Assembly (NCBI GenBank): GCA_951406725.2 | Contig: OX597833.1 | Location: 24,366,001 to 24,430,000, forward strand | DNA length: 64,000 nucleotides | From: Octopus vulgaris | Lineage: Eukaryota | Direction: 5' to 3' | In this document: piece after piece, positions 13,806 to 28,700 of the stretch | Layout: every line of letters begins with the position of its first letter | Position numbering within the stretch: the stretch's first letter is position 1 | Notes under the pieces: generated by a model | Databases searched by the model: none | The model's input: the letters and a program-made list of their open reading frames with translations, nothing else | Told to the model about the DNA's origin: nothing | Made by a program: the position numbers and the translations under genes

Positions 13806-15449
13806 TACACAAAGAGGCGCATCGGCGAAATGAAGTCTCTGAAAATGTGTTTCCGAAAAGCAATAAAAAGTATTTTAATGCACCAAACTTCTGACTTCAC
13901 ACAGAGACCTGTTTCAATTTACCGACACCGAATACCTGGAACTATACACTTTAAAGTTGTCCCCACCCGGTAAATTTTGCATAATGCTTATCAACAATTG
14001 CCCGTTGCCAGCCCCTATAAGATGCGCGATATTTTCACCCGGTTAGCTATTAAACTTAACATGGGATCATTGACATACCAACCGCAGTTATCTAAGGGAA
14101 CGTAAAAATATCGCTTCTGTAAAAGTAGCGCAACGTCCATTTTGCAGTGAATAATGTTGGTTGGATTGGTAGCAGTATTTTATTTTATTTTTTGTTTCTT
14201 AGTCGCCTACCGGCCAACTACGCCTGCTGAAGCGGCGGTAACAGTACTCATGTGCAACTTTTGCGCGTATCTGAACAAAAACAAAGATAGGCGCAGACGT
14301 GGCTATGTGGCTATGTGGTGACAAGATTGCTTCTCAGCCATATGGTTCTAGGTCCAGTCCCACTGCGAGGTACCTTGGGCAAATGTCTTAAACTACAGCC
14401 TCGGGCCGACCAAAGTCTTTTGAGTGGATTTGATAGACAGAAACTGAAGGAAGCCCACCATATATATATATATATATATATATAAAACAAAATTTTTTAT
14501 AATTATGAGTATAATTATAATTAGGGTTCAGCAATACTCCTTCACCACCAATTTATCTCACTCTTTCTTCCTGTTTCTTCTGTATCTGTATTTCAAAGGG
14601 CCAGCCTAGTCACACTCTGTGTCACGCTGAATCTTACGTGTTTGTGGAGTGCTCAGCCACTTGCACATTAATTTCACGAGCAGGCTGTTCCGTTGATCAG
14701 ATCAACTGGAACCTTCATCGTCGTAACCGACGGAGTGCCACGATATCCATATCAATATATATATATATATAAATAGAAGCCGAATCTCACTTGAAGATCC
14801 ATATGTCTGTGGAATGTTTAACAAGTAGATCAATTGATACTCATCGCTGTAACCGACGGAGATCCATTGCTTTTATTCAGTTGATTGACCGATTGAAACC
14901 AATAAAGAGAGATTCAGGATATGCAATATGTCGATCTCATTGAGACATTGACGCTTTGTAGCTCTAAGATGGTTCTCATTCCGCAGATAGATGTAAGAGC
15001 TAAGCATTCTATTTGTGATCATATCTTCTACTTCGTCCAGTGAAGTTTGTTTCTTTTGAAATGGTTGGATATGATTTGATCAGGTTATGGGTGGTAGCCT
15101 GGCGTTTAACCAGCTATTGTCTTTGTGTCGTGCATTCGCTTGAGCAGAGCAGAACCGAATGGTGTAATCAACCGAATGGTCTAATCAACAGTTGTGACCA
15201 GGGATAGCACGATAACAGCAGCAATAACGAGAAAAAATAACAAATCTGCTTAAGCAGGACTTAAAATAGTGTTAGTTCCAAGATACATCCCACAGAAATA
15301 GAAACCGGACCACAAAAGCAGAAGGAACTTCAACACAGTCAACTCGAGTTGCTAGAAATAATAACCAAATCCCTCACATCCCACGTTGCGGTCTAAAGAA
15401 ATGAATAGAAAGACTGGATGATATAGTTCTAGTGACATTTCTGGAGTTT

Positions 15450-15830
15450 TGGTCTTTCAGCATAAGACCCTTACCCCACTTGAATTTGCCGGGGCTTATC
15501 AAATCTCAGCTTGCAGCCCTGTAATCGCAAACCTCCAGTCTGCTCTCTTATCCAATGCATCCAAGGGTCTTCTTTGCAGCTTTAGTAATGGAATTTTACG
15601 GCTCACCTTTTTGCTGTATCAATATCAAACTCAAAACCCAGCTAGAGCCTTGCAGAATGAACACCCTACAAAATCCCGACGGTCCATTTTAGTTACCTCG
15701 CAACGCGCCTACCAGCCCTGGTGACTGCACAATTCTTCCAGTTCCTAATATTCAGCAGTTTGACTGGATTGTTTTGAAGACAGGTGATATGTACATTGAC
15801 TTCGCAGAAGACTTAGCAGAGCTTTCTAGC
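15450..15830 (+). mobile_element. Highly degenerate CR1-like RT fragment
   Basis: Weak remnants such as SFSNGIL and DMYIDFAE, which resembles the YxDFxKAFD motif. Confidence 0.35.
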
Positions 15831-16009
15831 TTTAAAGGACACCCTGAGGCATGGTAAGCTTTTTGGATCTTTGCAAACCCTCCAAATCATAACGAGATGG
15901 GTTGGCTACAGAGCTAAACAACAACAAGACCTGGAGAAAAAAACGACCTTGAATGTGTATTTAACCCTATCGATATCTGTAGCCAAATCATATCATTGAC
16001 ACTCCGTCT

Positions 16010-16660
16010 TTACTGTCATTTACCGCCATGATCGTAGGTTACGAAATCTCAGCAACATCAGCACAATTCTCATTACCTCAACTACAAACATCCACGACCA
16101 ACCACCACCACCGCTGCCACCGTCGGCAACAGTACTAGCATCACCATAGCTAACGTCACCGCCGCCACCATCGCCACCGTTATCGCTGCCTTCAACACTG
16201 CCTCCACCTCTGCTGCCACCGCTACCGCCGTCGCCATCAACGCCAATACCACCACCACCACCACCACCACCAATAACAACAACAACAACAACAACAACAC
16301 CATCACCCTTAACCCTACCAACACCACGATCTTCCTCATCAAAATCATCATTATCATCGTTGTCATTATTATCGCTCTCATCACCGTCACCACTCCCACC
16401 ACCACCACCATCACCATCATCATTAACATTGCTGTCGTCACCACGATCACTATCATTACCATCATCGCCAACATCATGAACATCATCATTAGCTACATTT
16501 TCACAACAACTACCACCATCACCGCTGCCACCACCATCACTACCAACTCCTCCATCACCACCATTATCACAATCACCAGCACCACCATTACTACAACCAT
16601 CACCATCACCGTCACCACCAACATCAACGATATCACATAACATTCGCCTATCACAATCAT
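16010..16660. repeat. Degenerate (CAC/CAT/CAA)n trinucleotide low-complexity tract
   Basis: Direct reading. Confidence 0.9.
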
Positions 16661-16819
16661 TGTTGACTTATCTCGACATTTGTTTTTGCTCAAAGTACAA
16701 CTTACCCCTCCTCCCTCCCAACCACAGGGAAATGTTGTTTTTGTTGTTTATTTTAATTAAATTAAAATCTATTGAATATAAAAAAATAAATACATAAAAT
16801 GAAGTGAAGTTTTAAATTA

Positions 16820-17490
16820 ATGGGTAAAAGAATATAAAGAACGAAAGAAAGAGGAAAGAAGAGAAGGAAGAAAGAGGAACTGATAGACTGAAGAAAGAAA
16901 GAAGGAAGATGGGGAAAGGAAAGAAAAAGAAGGTAGGGAACACAAAATAGAAAGAAAACGGTTAAGAAAGCAGGAAAGGAATATAAAGGAATGTGTGAAA
17001 AGGAGTGAAAGAGAAGAAGAAGAAGAAGAAGAAGAAGAAGAAGAAGAAGAAGAAGAAGAAGAAGAAGAAGAAGAAGAAGAAGAAGAAGAAGAAGAAGAAG
17101 AAGAGGAGAGGAAAGAAGGAGGAGAGGGAAGGAGGAAGGGGGAATAAAAGTTGGAGACAAGGAAAGAAATAACAGACTGAAAGAAATGGAATGATTTAGA
17201 GAAAAAGAACGAAAGAGAAAGTGAGAATGAAAGAAATGAAAGGTAATGGGGATGGGGTGGTGGGTGGTTAGAAAACTGGAGGGAAAAGAAAAAGTGAAAT
17301 GGAGAAAGTAAAAAACATACGTAAAAAAAAGAGAAAAAACCGTAAGAGGGAAAGGAGAAAGAAAGAAACAAGCAAAGACAAGAAGTAATGTGTGTATGGG
17401 GAGGGTGGGGCGGACGTACGGAAAGCAAAAAACAAGAAAAATAAACGAAATGCAAAATACGGAAGGCGGAAAGAAAAAAACAAGCAGAGG
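16820..17490. repeat. Long polypurine tract including (GAA)n
   Basis: Strongly A/G-rich plus strand. Pure (gaa)n at about 17013-17103. Confidence 0.9.
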
Positions 17491-18450
17491 AAGTGACGTC
17501 AGGGTGATAAATTTAAATAAAACATGGTTTTGGAAAAGTCTTGTCGTTCTTTGTATTCTGTTTACACAAAGTCGGTAAATACGTTTTTTTTGCGTTTTGT
17601 ATGCCTGACTTTTATTGTTTGAACGAAAACATTTTTCCATAAACAACAACCAAATTCCAACACATACACTCTCTCTCTCTCTCTCTCACATACACGCACA
17701 TACATTTCCATAGAAACTTACACACATATTCTATCATCACCAACATCACCACCACCACCACCACCTTCATCACCATCGTCATCATCATTATCAGCATTAT
17801 CGTCGACACACTCATCATCATCAGCGTCACCACCACCACCACCACCGCCACCGCCGCCGCCGCCGCCGTCATCACCACAATCGTCATACATATGGGTTTC
17901 CGTCAGTTTCGAGCATGGTTATTCAGCTGTTATATCAGCTGAAGTACCTGCTAATCGAATTAACGTGTGAGTGACTAAACAGACGGAGTTAGCGTGATGC
18001 AGTGTACAACAAGGATAGATTTTCAAACAACATCTACATTGACGAGCTTCATTCGAGTTTCATTGCACTTTAAAGATACAGGATTTCGGTCGTCAGAAGG
18101 CTATGGCAACACACACTTGTTAGTGATGCCAGGCAGTGGGATCGAGTCCTGTACTTTAAGATTATAAAACTAACTTCTTATCTATTCGGCCACATCTTAC
18201 CATTATCATAAGCCTCATCATCATCATTAATCACTACGCGCCGACAGGGGAGATTCAATGCGAGCCATTTTCAACCACTCGGTTACGTTTTGCCCATTAA
18301 TATGCCACGAGTTTTTCTTCCGGCTCTGAAAATGCGGAGATATTTAGAAAACTTGTGTTTTTAATGTCCCACACTGACGCACGAGTATTTCTTTGTAGTA
18401 AAATGCAGAGTGTCTCTGTTTAAAGCAATTCTTTTTACCCGTTGATATGT

Positions 18451-18494
<44 letters not shown>

Positions 18495-18959
18495 ATAAAT
18501 AAAACATATGCATATATATATACATATATGTACGTACTTACCTTTACATGTATATATACACGCATATATGAGTACAAGACACCAAAAAAAACGTCGAACA
18601 CAATGAGAAACGAAAACATAAACACAAAACCAAGGAACTGGACATTTTTCTTAAACAACAAAAAAATAGAGTACAGGACAAATAACACAAGGAAAAAAAA
18701 CCCTTCTTCAGTCGCCATGGTTTCATCTTCTCTACGTTTCGAAGGTGAAGGCGAGACGTATCTTCGATAGAAACTTTCCTTCCTGCGAAAAGCAAATCAA
18801 ATAAAATTTGAGATCTTTTTGCAGAGGGATAAAAATGGTAACAAAAACAGGATAGTAACGACAGTACAAAATATAAGCAGTAAAAGACAGGACAAGGAAA
18901 ATAAGACAAGAAGGGCTGTTAAACCGAACGAGAAAAAGTAATACGAACGCTATTTTTGA

Positions 18960-19011
<52 letters not shown>

Positions 19012-19260
19012 ATATATCGATTCAGATGAATATGGTACTTAAGTTGAAGCACCAGAATTTAGTATGGTATTTTCCATATAATTTCGAAGTAAGGTGATTA
19101 AAATCAAAATAAGCAACAAGGATATCCCTTTTATATCTACATTTTAAATTGATGTACTGATTGCATTGTTCAATTAAATGGAGTTGCATGAAACGATCGT
19201 ACTGTATTAACTCTGGATTACCTCTGGATATCGTTGTTTCTCATTTTGATTATATATTTG

Positions 19261-19306
<46 letters not shown>

Positions 19307-19544
19307 CAATAAACATTCAATTCACGATGGAATATGGAATATAGCCAGCAATTTCCCTCCTCGACACCCTCATTAAGAAAACTAACAACATAATAGAAAC
19401 AGATATATACTATAAGCCTACGGATTCTGTGCCGCGCATTAGCTCATTCTCCCCATCAAATCAACATTGTCTGAACAGGTGCACCTCGCGTCAAGTGAGC
19501 GCTAGATCGTAAGTGCAACACCCTAACCACTAAGCCATGCACTT

Positions 19545-19582
<38 letters not shown>

Positions 19583-19898
19583 CACAATAAGCACATAAAT
19601 GGAAAAAATAGCACTCGGATACCGGAGGCGGAGCAATATGCTTTATTTCTTCCCGTTCGTTAAACAGTTCAAAACTATCCGACGAACGGGAACGTGAAAC
19701 TCTGAGCTTTTGGGGTGTCTTTGCAGCTTTATTAATAAAGTATATATATATTATAGGCGCATTCGTGCTTCCCAACCATATGGTTCCGATTCAGTCCCAC
19801 TGCGTGGAAAGTTGGTCGAGTGTCTTCTACTACAGCCTCGTGCTGACCAAAGCCTTGTTAGTGGATTTGGTAGACAGAAACTGAAAGAAGCCCATCGC

Positions 19899-20040
<142 letters not shown>

Positions 20041-20133
20041 CGGGAAGCTTTATGAAAATAAACAAAAGACGAAGGCAGGTTTACGGAAATAAACAAAAGA
20101 CGAAGGCAGGTGGAATACAAACAAACAATTCTG

Positions 20134-20167
<34 letters not shown>

Positions 20168-20904
20168 CTTTATCGGCCCCGAAAGGAGGAAAGGCAAAGT
20201 TGACTCTGGCGGAATTCGATCCCAAAACGTAAAATATCGGAGTAAATACCACAAGGCATTTCTTCGGATTTTGCCAATCTATCGCCCTCTTTACAATAGT
20301 TTCTGATTTAGGCACAAAGTCAGAAGTTTTCGGAGGAGTGTATTAGTCAATATCATCTTGTACTTGGTTGGTACATCATTTTATCGACCCTAGAAGTAAA
20401 TGAGGCGAAGCTGACCTCACCAGAATTTTGACCTAGAACATAAAGAGCCGGTACAAATTCCGCAAGATACCTTGTGCAGCCGTTTTAGCCGCCATTTTCA
20501 CAATAAAAATCGTTTATGATAAAGACATTATGCATGACTTTTGAGGAGAGAAGAACAGTTGATTAAATCGATCTGAATACTTGACAGTTACTTTATTCCA
20601 GCGATCTCAGAAAATATAGAGCCGAACGAACACTGCAAAGCATTTTGTCCAACACATCACCGATTTTACTATCCAGGGCTCTAAACAGTAGTAATAATTG
20701 TCGGTAACGTACGTACAAGGTCAGGAAATTTGGAGTGAGTGGTAGGTCGTTTATACCGATTCGAGTACTTGACCAGTACTTTATTTTACCCAATCTCCCA
20801 GAAGATTGAGAGGTAATAAATACCGCAAGGTATTTTATTCGACGCTTTAACGATTCTATCAGTTCATTGCAATAATTTCTGACAGAGGTATTAGGCCAAG
20901 GATG

Positions 20905-21054
20905 CAGTAGTGTAGTAAGAGTATGTGCCGCCAAGGTCACCCCTTGAGTTTGCTGCCTCCTCATATATAGACTTATATAGAAGACCCAAAAGTGTCGCCC
21001 CATAAAAACGTTACCCGGGGCGGACTGCCTCCTCATCCTCTAGCTACGCTAATG
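20905..21054. mobile_element. hAT-like MITE
   Basis: TIRs cagtagtgtagt / gctacgctaatg. 8-bp TSD caaggatg / caaagatg. Confidence 0.75.
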
Positions 21055-22632
21055 CAAAGATGGAATATAATCGAGTACTTACAAAATTACAAAGTCTTAT
21101 TTGGTGACTTTGAATATAGCTTGATTACAACGAACGAACTTCAGAAAGGCTGAAACGCAATAATCGATCTACACAGGATTTGAACTCATAATTAAAGGTA
21201 CGTGAAGTATTCTGTCCAGTATATTCTACCGACTCCGCTGCGCACAACTTTTAGCTAAGTAAATATATCGAAATAAGAATGTTGGTGAAACATTCCTGTG
21301 TTTGCTTATTGAAACAAAAAAAGGCAATAAAAATCTAGTGTTTTTTTTCCTGTCTCTTCTTTCTTTCTATCTTTCTTTCTTTCTGTTATTTATTTTCGTG
21401 AGTAGGTGCCTGGGTAGGGGAACATGTGCTGGAGATAGCAAGCTATTTTTTTTTCAATAACAAACCAAGAAATTAATAGTAAATCTCAGTGAACGAGAGG
21501 TGGTAGTTGCGAGAAGTAAAGTTGAGGCGGTGGTAAATATTTGATGGCTTATTTTTTTATCCCCAGAACATTCCAGTAAAAATTGAATTAAAAGAAAAGA
21601 TTAAAACATCGTTTGTCATGACAGAACATAAAATAACGCCACGCCAACATCCCACCATGCAATCCTCAAGCTCTTAGAAATAGTAGCCAAATCTCTCTGA
21701 AATCACACCTTAAGAAGACAAAAAGACATATTCCATAATGTGACTCTGTATAGATGGATTACGTTTGAATTTTAAACGGAGATGGTCATGGCTGGAATGC
21801 CTTGAATCATCGGTCTACTTCATAAGGACTGACCTAAACAGTGCTCGATAGTTCTTTTTGCAGATTTCACCATCAACATCATCATCGTCGTCGTCATCAT
21901 CATGGTCATCATCATTGTCATTGTCAGCTTCCTTTGTCTCTTCATCGTTATCATCGTCATCATCATCGTGTTAATTCATTAAAGGAAATAGTGCTTATGT
22001 GCCTTGCGAGTACTTAGTTACATCTCTTTACGTTTTTAGTTCATACCCGTATCTTCCAGCCATGCACTGGCACCAATCTAGTTGAGTCTACAAATCCCTC
22101 AATAAATAAATAAATAAATAAATAAATGAAAACTATAAATAACCAAATAAAAATTACTGCTGAATAATTAAGTTAGAAAATATGTTTAATTTTATAAGCA
22201 GCGAAATGGTAGAACCGTTAGAGTGGAACTAAAACCGAAAATAATGGTGTCGAATGTCTTCATCAGTTCAGATCCGCCGAGGTCGATTTTCCCTCTTTAC
22301 TATTTCAGGGTTGATAAATAAATGAAGTGCCGGTACTGGGCAGTTGATTAGTGAAATTATAAATAAGAGCATCGGAGAGGATTCCACGCAGTATGAAATT
22401 CTGTCTAATGTACTGATGGTTACAGATAATCTACAAGAGTTCGCACCAGCATTTGTCCAAAACTTGCAGCCAGTCATAGACAAGGAGGCCAACTATTAAC
22501 AGAAGGAGGCCCGCAATGGTATGCTGAGGCTTCTTCCGCAGTTGTGGATCGAAAGCAGCTGCGAGCAAATATATTCCAATCATCACAACCCCGTTGTTAG
22601 CTGTCGTCGCCGCCACCGTCGTCGTCGTCGCC

Positions 22633-23165
22633 GTCTTCTTCTTCTTCTTCTTCTTCTTCTTCTTCTTCTTCTTCTTCTTCTTCTTCTTCTTCCAATCAGG
22701 ACTCACGCCATTAGCCACGAAGAATAATCTCTAATTCGAGCCTACTCTATGCTACTAAGAATGCGTGTGGCAGCTTGAAGATCCACCCACCACACGCGAT
22801 AGAGTGGTGGTTGCACGGGCGCGAAAGCTACATTGTTATCCTCATTCCGTGGCTTTTAACGGGTGGAGAGCTGAACCATCCTGGAGTACAGAGGATTCGC
22901 AATCTAGACTAAGGTCTGAAAGTTTTACCACACCGTAGTGGGTTACCCCATGGTTCCTCTGCTTTGTGGCAGAAGTATGAAGAAAGAGTGAGAGAAAGTG
23001 TTGGTGAAAGAGTACAGTGGCGTTCACCACCCCACTCCGCCGGAGCCTCGTGGAGCTTAAGTGTTTTTGCTCAATAAACACTCACAGTACCTGGTCCGGG
23101 AATCGAAACCGCGTTCTTACGAGCGCGAGTCCGCTGCCCTTACCACTAGGCCATTGCGCCTCTAC
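22633..23165 (-). mobile_element. SINE family C, tail type 1, with (GAA)n tail
   Basis: Reverse-complement homolog of 4214-4760 over its full length. Confidence 0.85.
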
Positions 23166-23169
23166 GTTA

Positions 23170-23490
23170 GCTGTTGTTAGATCTTTAAGCCTCTGGTCAA
23201 TGCTGGCTGAGTAAATAGATGTATGTTCCAAGGTATTTGAGTCGTGACCATCCCGTCGTTTGCTGATATTAAATGTTAGTATCCGATCAATGTTGGTTCA
23301 GTACACTTGTATTTTTCCGATCATCGGTGACTGAATACACTTATGATCAAAGCTACTTCAGTCATGCCCGTCCTGTCTCCACCCTGTCTCTTTATGTACA
23401 TGTATGCTTTCATTTGTTTGAGACAGAAGGGTGTGATATATTGGAGATTTGGTTGCCATTTCTAGCATGTATTACGAAGAAGCAGAGTTC
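23170..23490 (+). repeat. Ancient dispersed repeat (gatcaaaggcattccagccatgaccatcc-like ... gatttggctgctatttctagc)
   Basis: Related degenerate copies at about 15340-15440 (-), 21670-21835 (-), 32060-32230 (+) and 40840-40990 (+). Confidence 0.55.
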
Positions 23491-23805
23491 CTAAAATTTC
23501 AATATGGTCATCTTTGCACTTGAATTTGCAGATGTGAAACAATAAGTATCGTCCAAGTGTTGCTGTTGCTCGCTTATCCACAGGTTATATATATAGCTCT
23601 CCTTATGTTAGTATATTATCATCATAGGCGCAGGCGAGGCGCTGTGTGGTTTCCCAACCACATGGTTCCAGGTTCAATTCCACTTCTACTATAGCCTCGA
23701 GCCAACCAAAGCCTTGTAAGTGGATTTGGTAGATGGAAACTGTGTATGTGTGTATGTATGAACTACTGATTTTATATATGTATGTGTGTATACACACACA
23801 CACAC

Positions 23806-23863
<58 letters not shown>

Positions 23864-24541
23864 GTGTGTAAGATAAAAGATATTAGAATGACTTTGAATA
23901 TTGTTTAAGCACACTTTGCCTTACCCCATTTCTTTTGGTGTTGTGTGGTGCACAACATCACCCGAAATTTGGACGGTTTTAGTACCATATCAGAGGGCTA
24001 TGTTCTTGATTAGAAAAGGTCTTTACATAAAGTAGTAAGATCTACATGACATAGCTTAAATTATGCAAATGATTAAAAGAGCAATTTTTTGTGTACCCTA
24101 CATATTAACAAACACGCCTAAAATTGGATCCAAACGAAGAGAAGATGACAACAACAGCAGCAACTTCAATGCTCAACTCTTTTTCATATATGGAGAAATG
24201 GCACATTATATATGGTTCTTCCACGACCCTATTCGAGGTAAAGCTCAGCCAAATTAAAGGAAGAAAAAAGAAAGGTCTAATGGTGGTACATTGGTATTTT
24301 CAATTATGATAAAAGGAAAATTCGATGGCAGTAAGATTTGAACTCAGAATGCAGAGAGCCAGCACAAATACCGCATAGTATTCTCTCCGACGCACTAATG
24401 ACTCAGTTAAAAAGTCGTTTGGTGGCGATTTAGTTCTCTTTATCTTTCTACTTCTTGCGACTATGCTAGAAGTTAATCATTGCTACCGTACTTGACAATA
24501 TTATTTTTTAGGGAGGAGAATTTCTTCTGCTCTCCTACAAT

Positions 24542-24604
<63 letters not shown>

Positions 24605-24817
24605 TATATATTTGTATACGCACATGTATATATGTATACATATATACTCACACACATACATACATTTATAAATATATATATATATTATCTCCTTATGTTA
24701 GTATATTATCATCATAGGCGCAGGCGAGGCGCTGTGTGGTTTCCCAACCACATGGTTCCAGGTTCAATTCCACTTCTACTGGAAGATAATATCATATGTA
24801 TATGTATATAATGTAGG

Positions 24818-24867
<50 letters not shown>

Positions 24868-26913
24868 ACATTATATACATATACATATGATATTATTTAA
24901 ATAAAATAGAATTGAATAACATTTTCAAAATAAAATAAAAATAATAATAGCAGAAATGTAATATATTTTTCAATATTGAATTAGAATCAGATTCACTTCT
25001 TTCACGTCCCTTTCCCCTTGTATTTATTGAAGTCGTTGCTGTTGCTGTTATCTTTTCTTCGTTTGGATCCAATTTTATGGCGTGTTTGTTTATATGTCGG
25101 GTGCTCACAGAATTGTTCTTTCTAAGCATTTGTATATTCTAAGCTATATCATGTAGATCTTATTACTTTATGTAAAGACCTTGGATTGTAGGCTAGGATA
25201 TGTGCTAGACATAACACTTTATGCATTTAGTTATATATACTTTAGAGTCCAAGTTCAAAGCTCTGTGCGATCCTCTGAGACTTAAAAAAATATCCTTTTT
25301 CCGTTTTCTATAAAAAACATGTACCACTTAAGTACTGAAGTGAATTTATCGGACTATTCTCTCAAACCGAAATAGTGCGGCTGTATGCGTTTGTTAGAAA
25401 GTACTATCATTAAAATGATCAAAGAGCGGAGTATTTAGGACATATTAATGACATAATTAAATAACCAAAAAAAAAAGAAAAGTTAGAGAAATTAGTCAAA
25501 CTGTCCATTAGCATGAATATGGATAATTAAGTTAAAGAAGCGATATTCTAAATGTCGTATACAATAAATTCTTAAAGTATTAAAATACACCCACCTACAT
25601 ATATGAGACGTGTATACATGTGTATTTATACAGATTTTATACATATATATGTGCACGCGCGCACACACACAGGCGCATACACGTATACAAATGGCATAAA
25701 GAGTAACCGACTAGGAAGCTTGTACCACGCTTTCATTAATTGTTGTAGGTGCCTTTCTAATTGCGAGCAGATATAAATAGACTCTCTATCCTCCCACACT
25801 TGACTCAGGGAAACTCTGTGGATTTGACAGTTGGAGGGCGAGACGGATATGGCAGCATTTGGTTGATACATACATACATACATACATACATACATACATA
25901 CATACATACATACATACATACATACATACATAATACATACATACATACATACACACGCGCACAGATACACAAACACAAATGTGCACACACACTACAACAC
26001 ACATACACACGCAAAACAGCACACACACAAAGGTGATCAAACAGACTCCAGAAAGGCTGGTTTCGGTGTGCCGGAAAGTCTTATATAATAAAATTGATAA
26101 AAAAGAATATAGTGAAATTATCGTGAGTTGTGGAAAATCCGACGCTTCGGACAGTGACCTTCTTCAGAAAAACAGTTGGAAGTAGACAACTGATGATGAT
26201 CACTTGCAGCCAGTGTTTTCATACCTTGGAGGCTGCACAAATATGATGTTTATCATTAATTTCCTTCCTTTCAAATTTTCCCTGTCCACACTGGATTTTT
26301 CCTAGCCTTCGACTTTTTCTATCCAAAAGTGTTTTACAACCTAATATTTACATGCTATTTTTATAGCTTCATGTGTGTGCTTCCCGTCCCAATATATATA
26401 TATATATGTATGTGTATGTATGTATGTATGTAGATAGATAGATATATGAGTGGTTAGCTAGTTAAAGCTACCCTGTGCGCAGGATCAAATTTGAAGACCT
26501 CCAGTAGCATGTTTACCTGTCCTCATCAACTGTTTCCCTAACGCCACTGCACTTATGAAGAAAGCGTGAGGCAAGACGTGCCACAGGCCCAGTAATCAGC
26601 ATGCCAGTTTTCTATATAAATGCCTTCTCGCAGATCAGCGTTTAAAGAGCCTTATGTGCCGTCTGTGCCCTTGGAGTGACAGTGAATGACCTTTTGTTTT
26701 TTGAGGCAATCCCATCACATGCTAATTAATCCATAACTGGGACCCTTCTAAATTCTGCTGCTCCGGATGGGAATACACCTGGAAACAATAATGTTGGTTC
26801 TACACACCACGTAAAAAAATATATCCTTTTCTTAACATTTTACTTGTTTCAGTCATTAGACTGAAGTCATCCTGGGTCACGATCTTAAAGAATTTTTAGC
26901 CGAATGTATCGAC

Positions 26914-26960
<47 letters not shown>

Positions 26961-27761
26961 TACATGTATATGTATATGTACACACACACACACCCATTAA
27001 TTATTTCTCGCTATTGAATGTAGCTTGGCGTAGTAGAAAAGGGCGTGATTTGTCCGCTTTAGTGATTAGTTAGTTAAAGTAGGTATCCATCGTATACAGG
27101 TTAGTAGAATATAGGAGATTAGAAGCAAGAGTCAGTGTGTGTGTGCCATAATCGATTGGTATATCACTAAGAACTGACCGTTTCAAATATTTTCCAATAG
27201 CAAATCAAGGCAATTATAATTTTACGCACTGCTTAGGCAGAGTTATATTTAATCAGTTATATTCTGATTTGTCGAGACATTAATAAATTTTCCTTGTATC
27301 ACAATACTCTCACTTCTTATACTTTTATGTGCTTTTAATAGGTTTTATAGTCTTTTTAAAGGATAGTTGATGAAGTGGAAGAAATTTCAGAACTGAACGG
27401 TTTATATGCAACAATTTCTTTGATTGCATATTTGTTGACGAGACGTGCTATTAACCATTTATGAAATGATGTCTAACTAAGCTTCTGAAAGCTAAGACGT
27501 CATTCACTGATATTAAGTCATTAACCGTTTGAAAGATTAGATTTAACTTATATCCAATGTCTAATTCATAGCTTTGACGGTTTGAATTTTGACATCCGAT
27601 TCATTCTATTTCTTCAGAATTTGCTATAGTACCAGCTAAGCACCGGGTATCAAAAAACCTATGTGAACTTAAAACTAAAATCTTTACAAAAGTTAGTTCA
27701 CACAATGATCATATATGATGCTCACCATATATATATGTATATATATATATATTCTATATTC

Positions 27762-28113
27762 TTTTACTTTTTAGTTTCAGTCATTTGACTGCGGCCATTC
27801 TGGAGCACCACCTTTATTCGAGCAAATCTACTCCAGGACTTATTCTTTGTAAGCCTAGTACTTATTCTATCGGTCTCTTTTGCCGCACCGCTAATTACGG
27901 ATTCGTAAACGTAACAGCATGGGTTGTTAAGTGATGTTGGGGGGACATACACACACACACACATATACATATACGACGTAGTTTCCATCTACGAAATCCA
28001 CTCACAAGGCTTTGGTCGACCCGAGGCTATAGTAGAAGACACTTGCCCAGGGGACTGAATCCGGAACCATGTGGTTTGGTAAGCTTGCTATTTACCACGC
28101 AGCCATTCCTGCG
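27762..28113 (-). mobile_element. SINE family A, full length
   Basis: Colinear with 41350-41766. Confidence 0.85.
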
Positions 28114-28115
28114 AC

Positions 28116-28209
<94 letters not shown>

Positions 28210-28319
28210 CATATATATATATATATATATATCTAATGGTGGCCAGATATATCTCTTGGTCATCATTTCCAAAACTGTATCTCTAAACTGCTTCGAGCAG
28301 TTAGCTAGCTGTCTGTTTC

Positions 28320-28700
28320 AGGCACAGGCATGAGTGTGATTAATAAATTTGCTTTGCTGCCATATGGTTTCTGGTTCAGTCCCACTCTGTAGCACCCTTG
28401 GTAAGTGGCTCCTATTGTATCCCTTCACAGATCAATCTGAGAGAATTTGGTTGACGGAAACTGTGTGGAAGCTCGTTGTATATATGCGTGCGTGTATGAG
28501 TATGCTAGTCCCCCCTACACCACTTTATTAATGGTATTGGTCCGTTTACGCCTCTGTAGCGTAGCGGTTCGGCAAAGTAATCGATACAATAAGTACAAGA
28601 TTAAGAAATATGTTCTGGTTTCGATTTGCTCGAGTAAAACCCTTCAAGGTGGTGCTCCAGCATGACTGCAGTCCAGTGTCTGAAACAACTGAAATCTTTT
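28320..28700 (+). mobile_element. SINE family A, diverged full copy
   Basis: Head ggcacaggcatg...ggttcagtcccact, tail ggtgctccagcatgactgcagtc. Confidence 0.75.

Noticed and set aside
16020-16643. 207-aa Gly/Asp-rich ORF
   Set aside because: Product of a degenerate trinucleotide tract, open in several frames, with no splice or homology support.
16762-17649. 295-aa hydrophobic Phe/Leu/Ser ORF resembling a membrane protein
   Set aside because: Reverse translation of a polypurine tract.
27000-27720. Possible decayed Penelope endonuclease region on the minus strand
   Set aside because: Too degenerate to support by eye; needs TBLASTN against Penelope-like element proteins.
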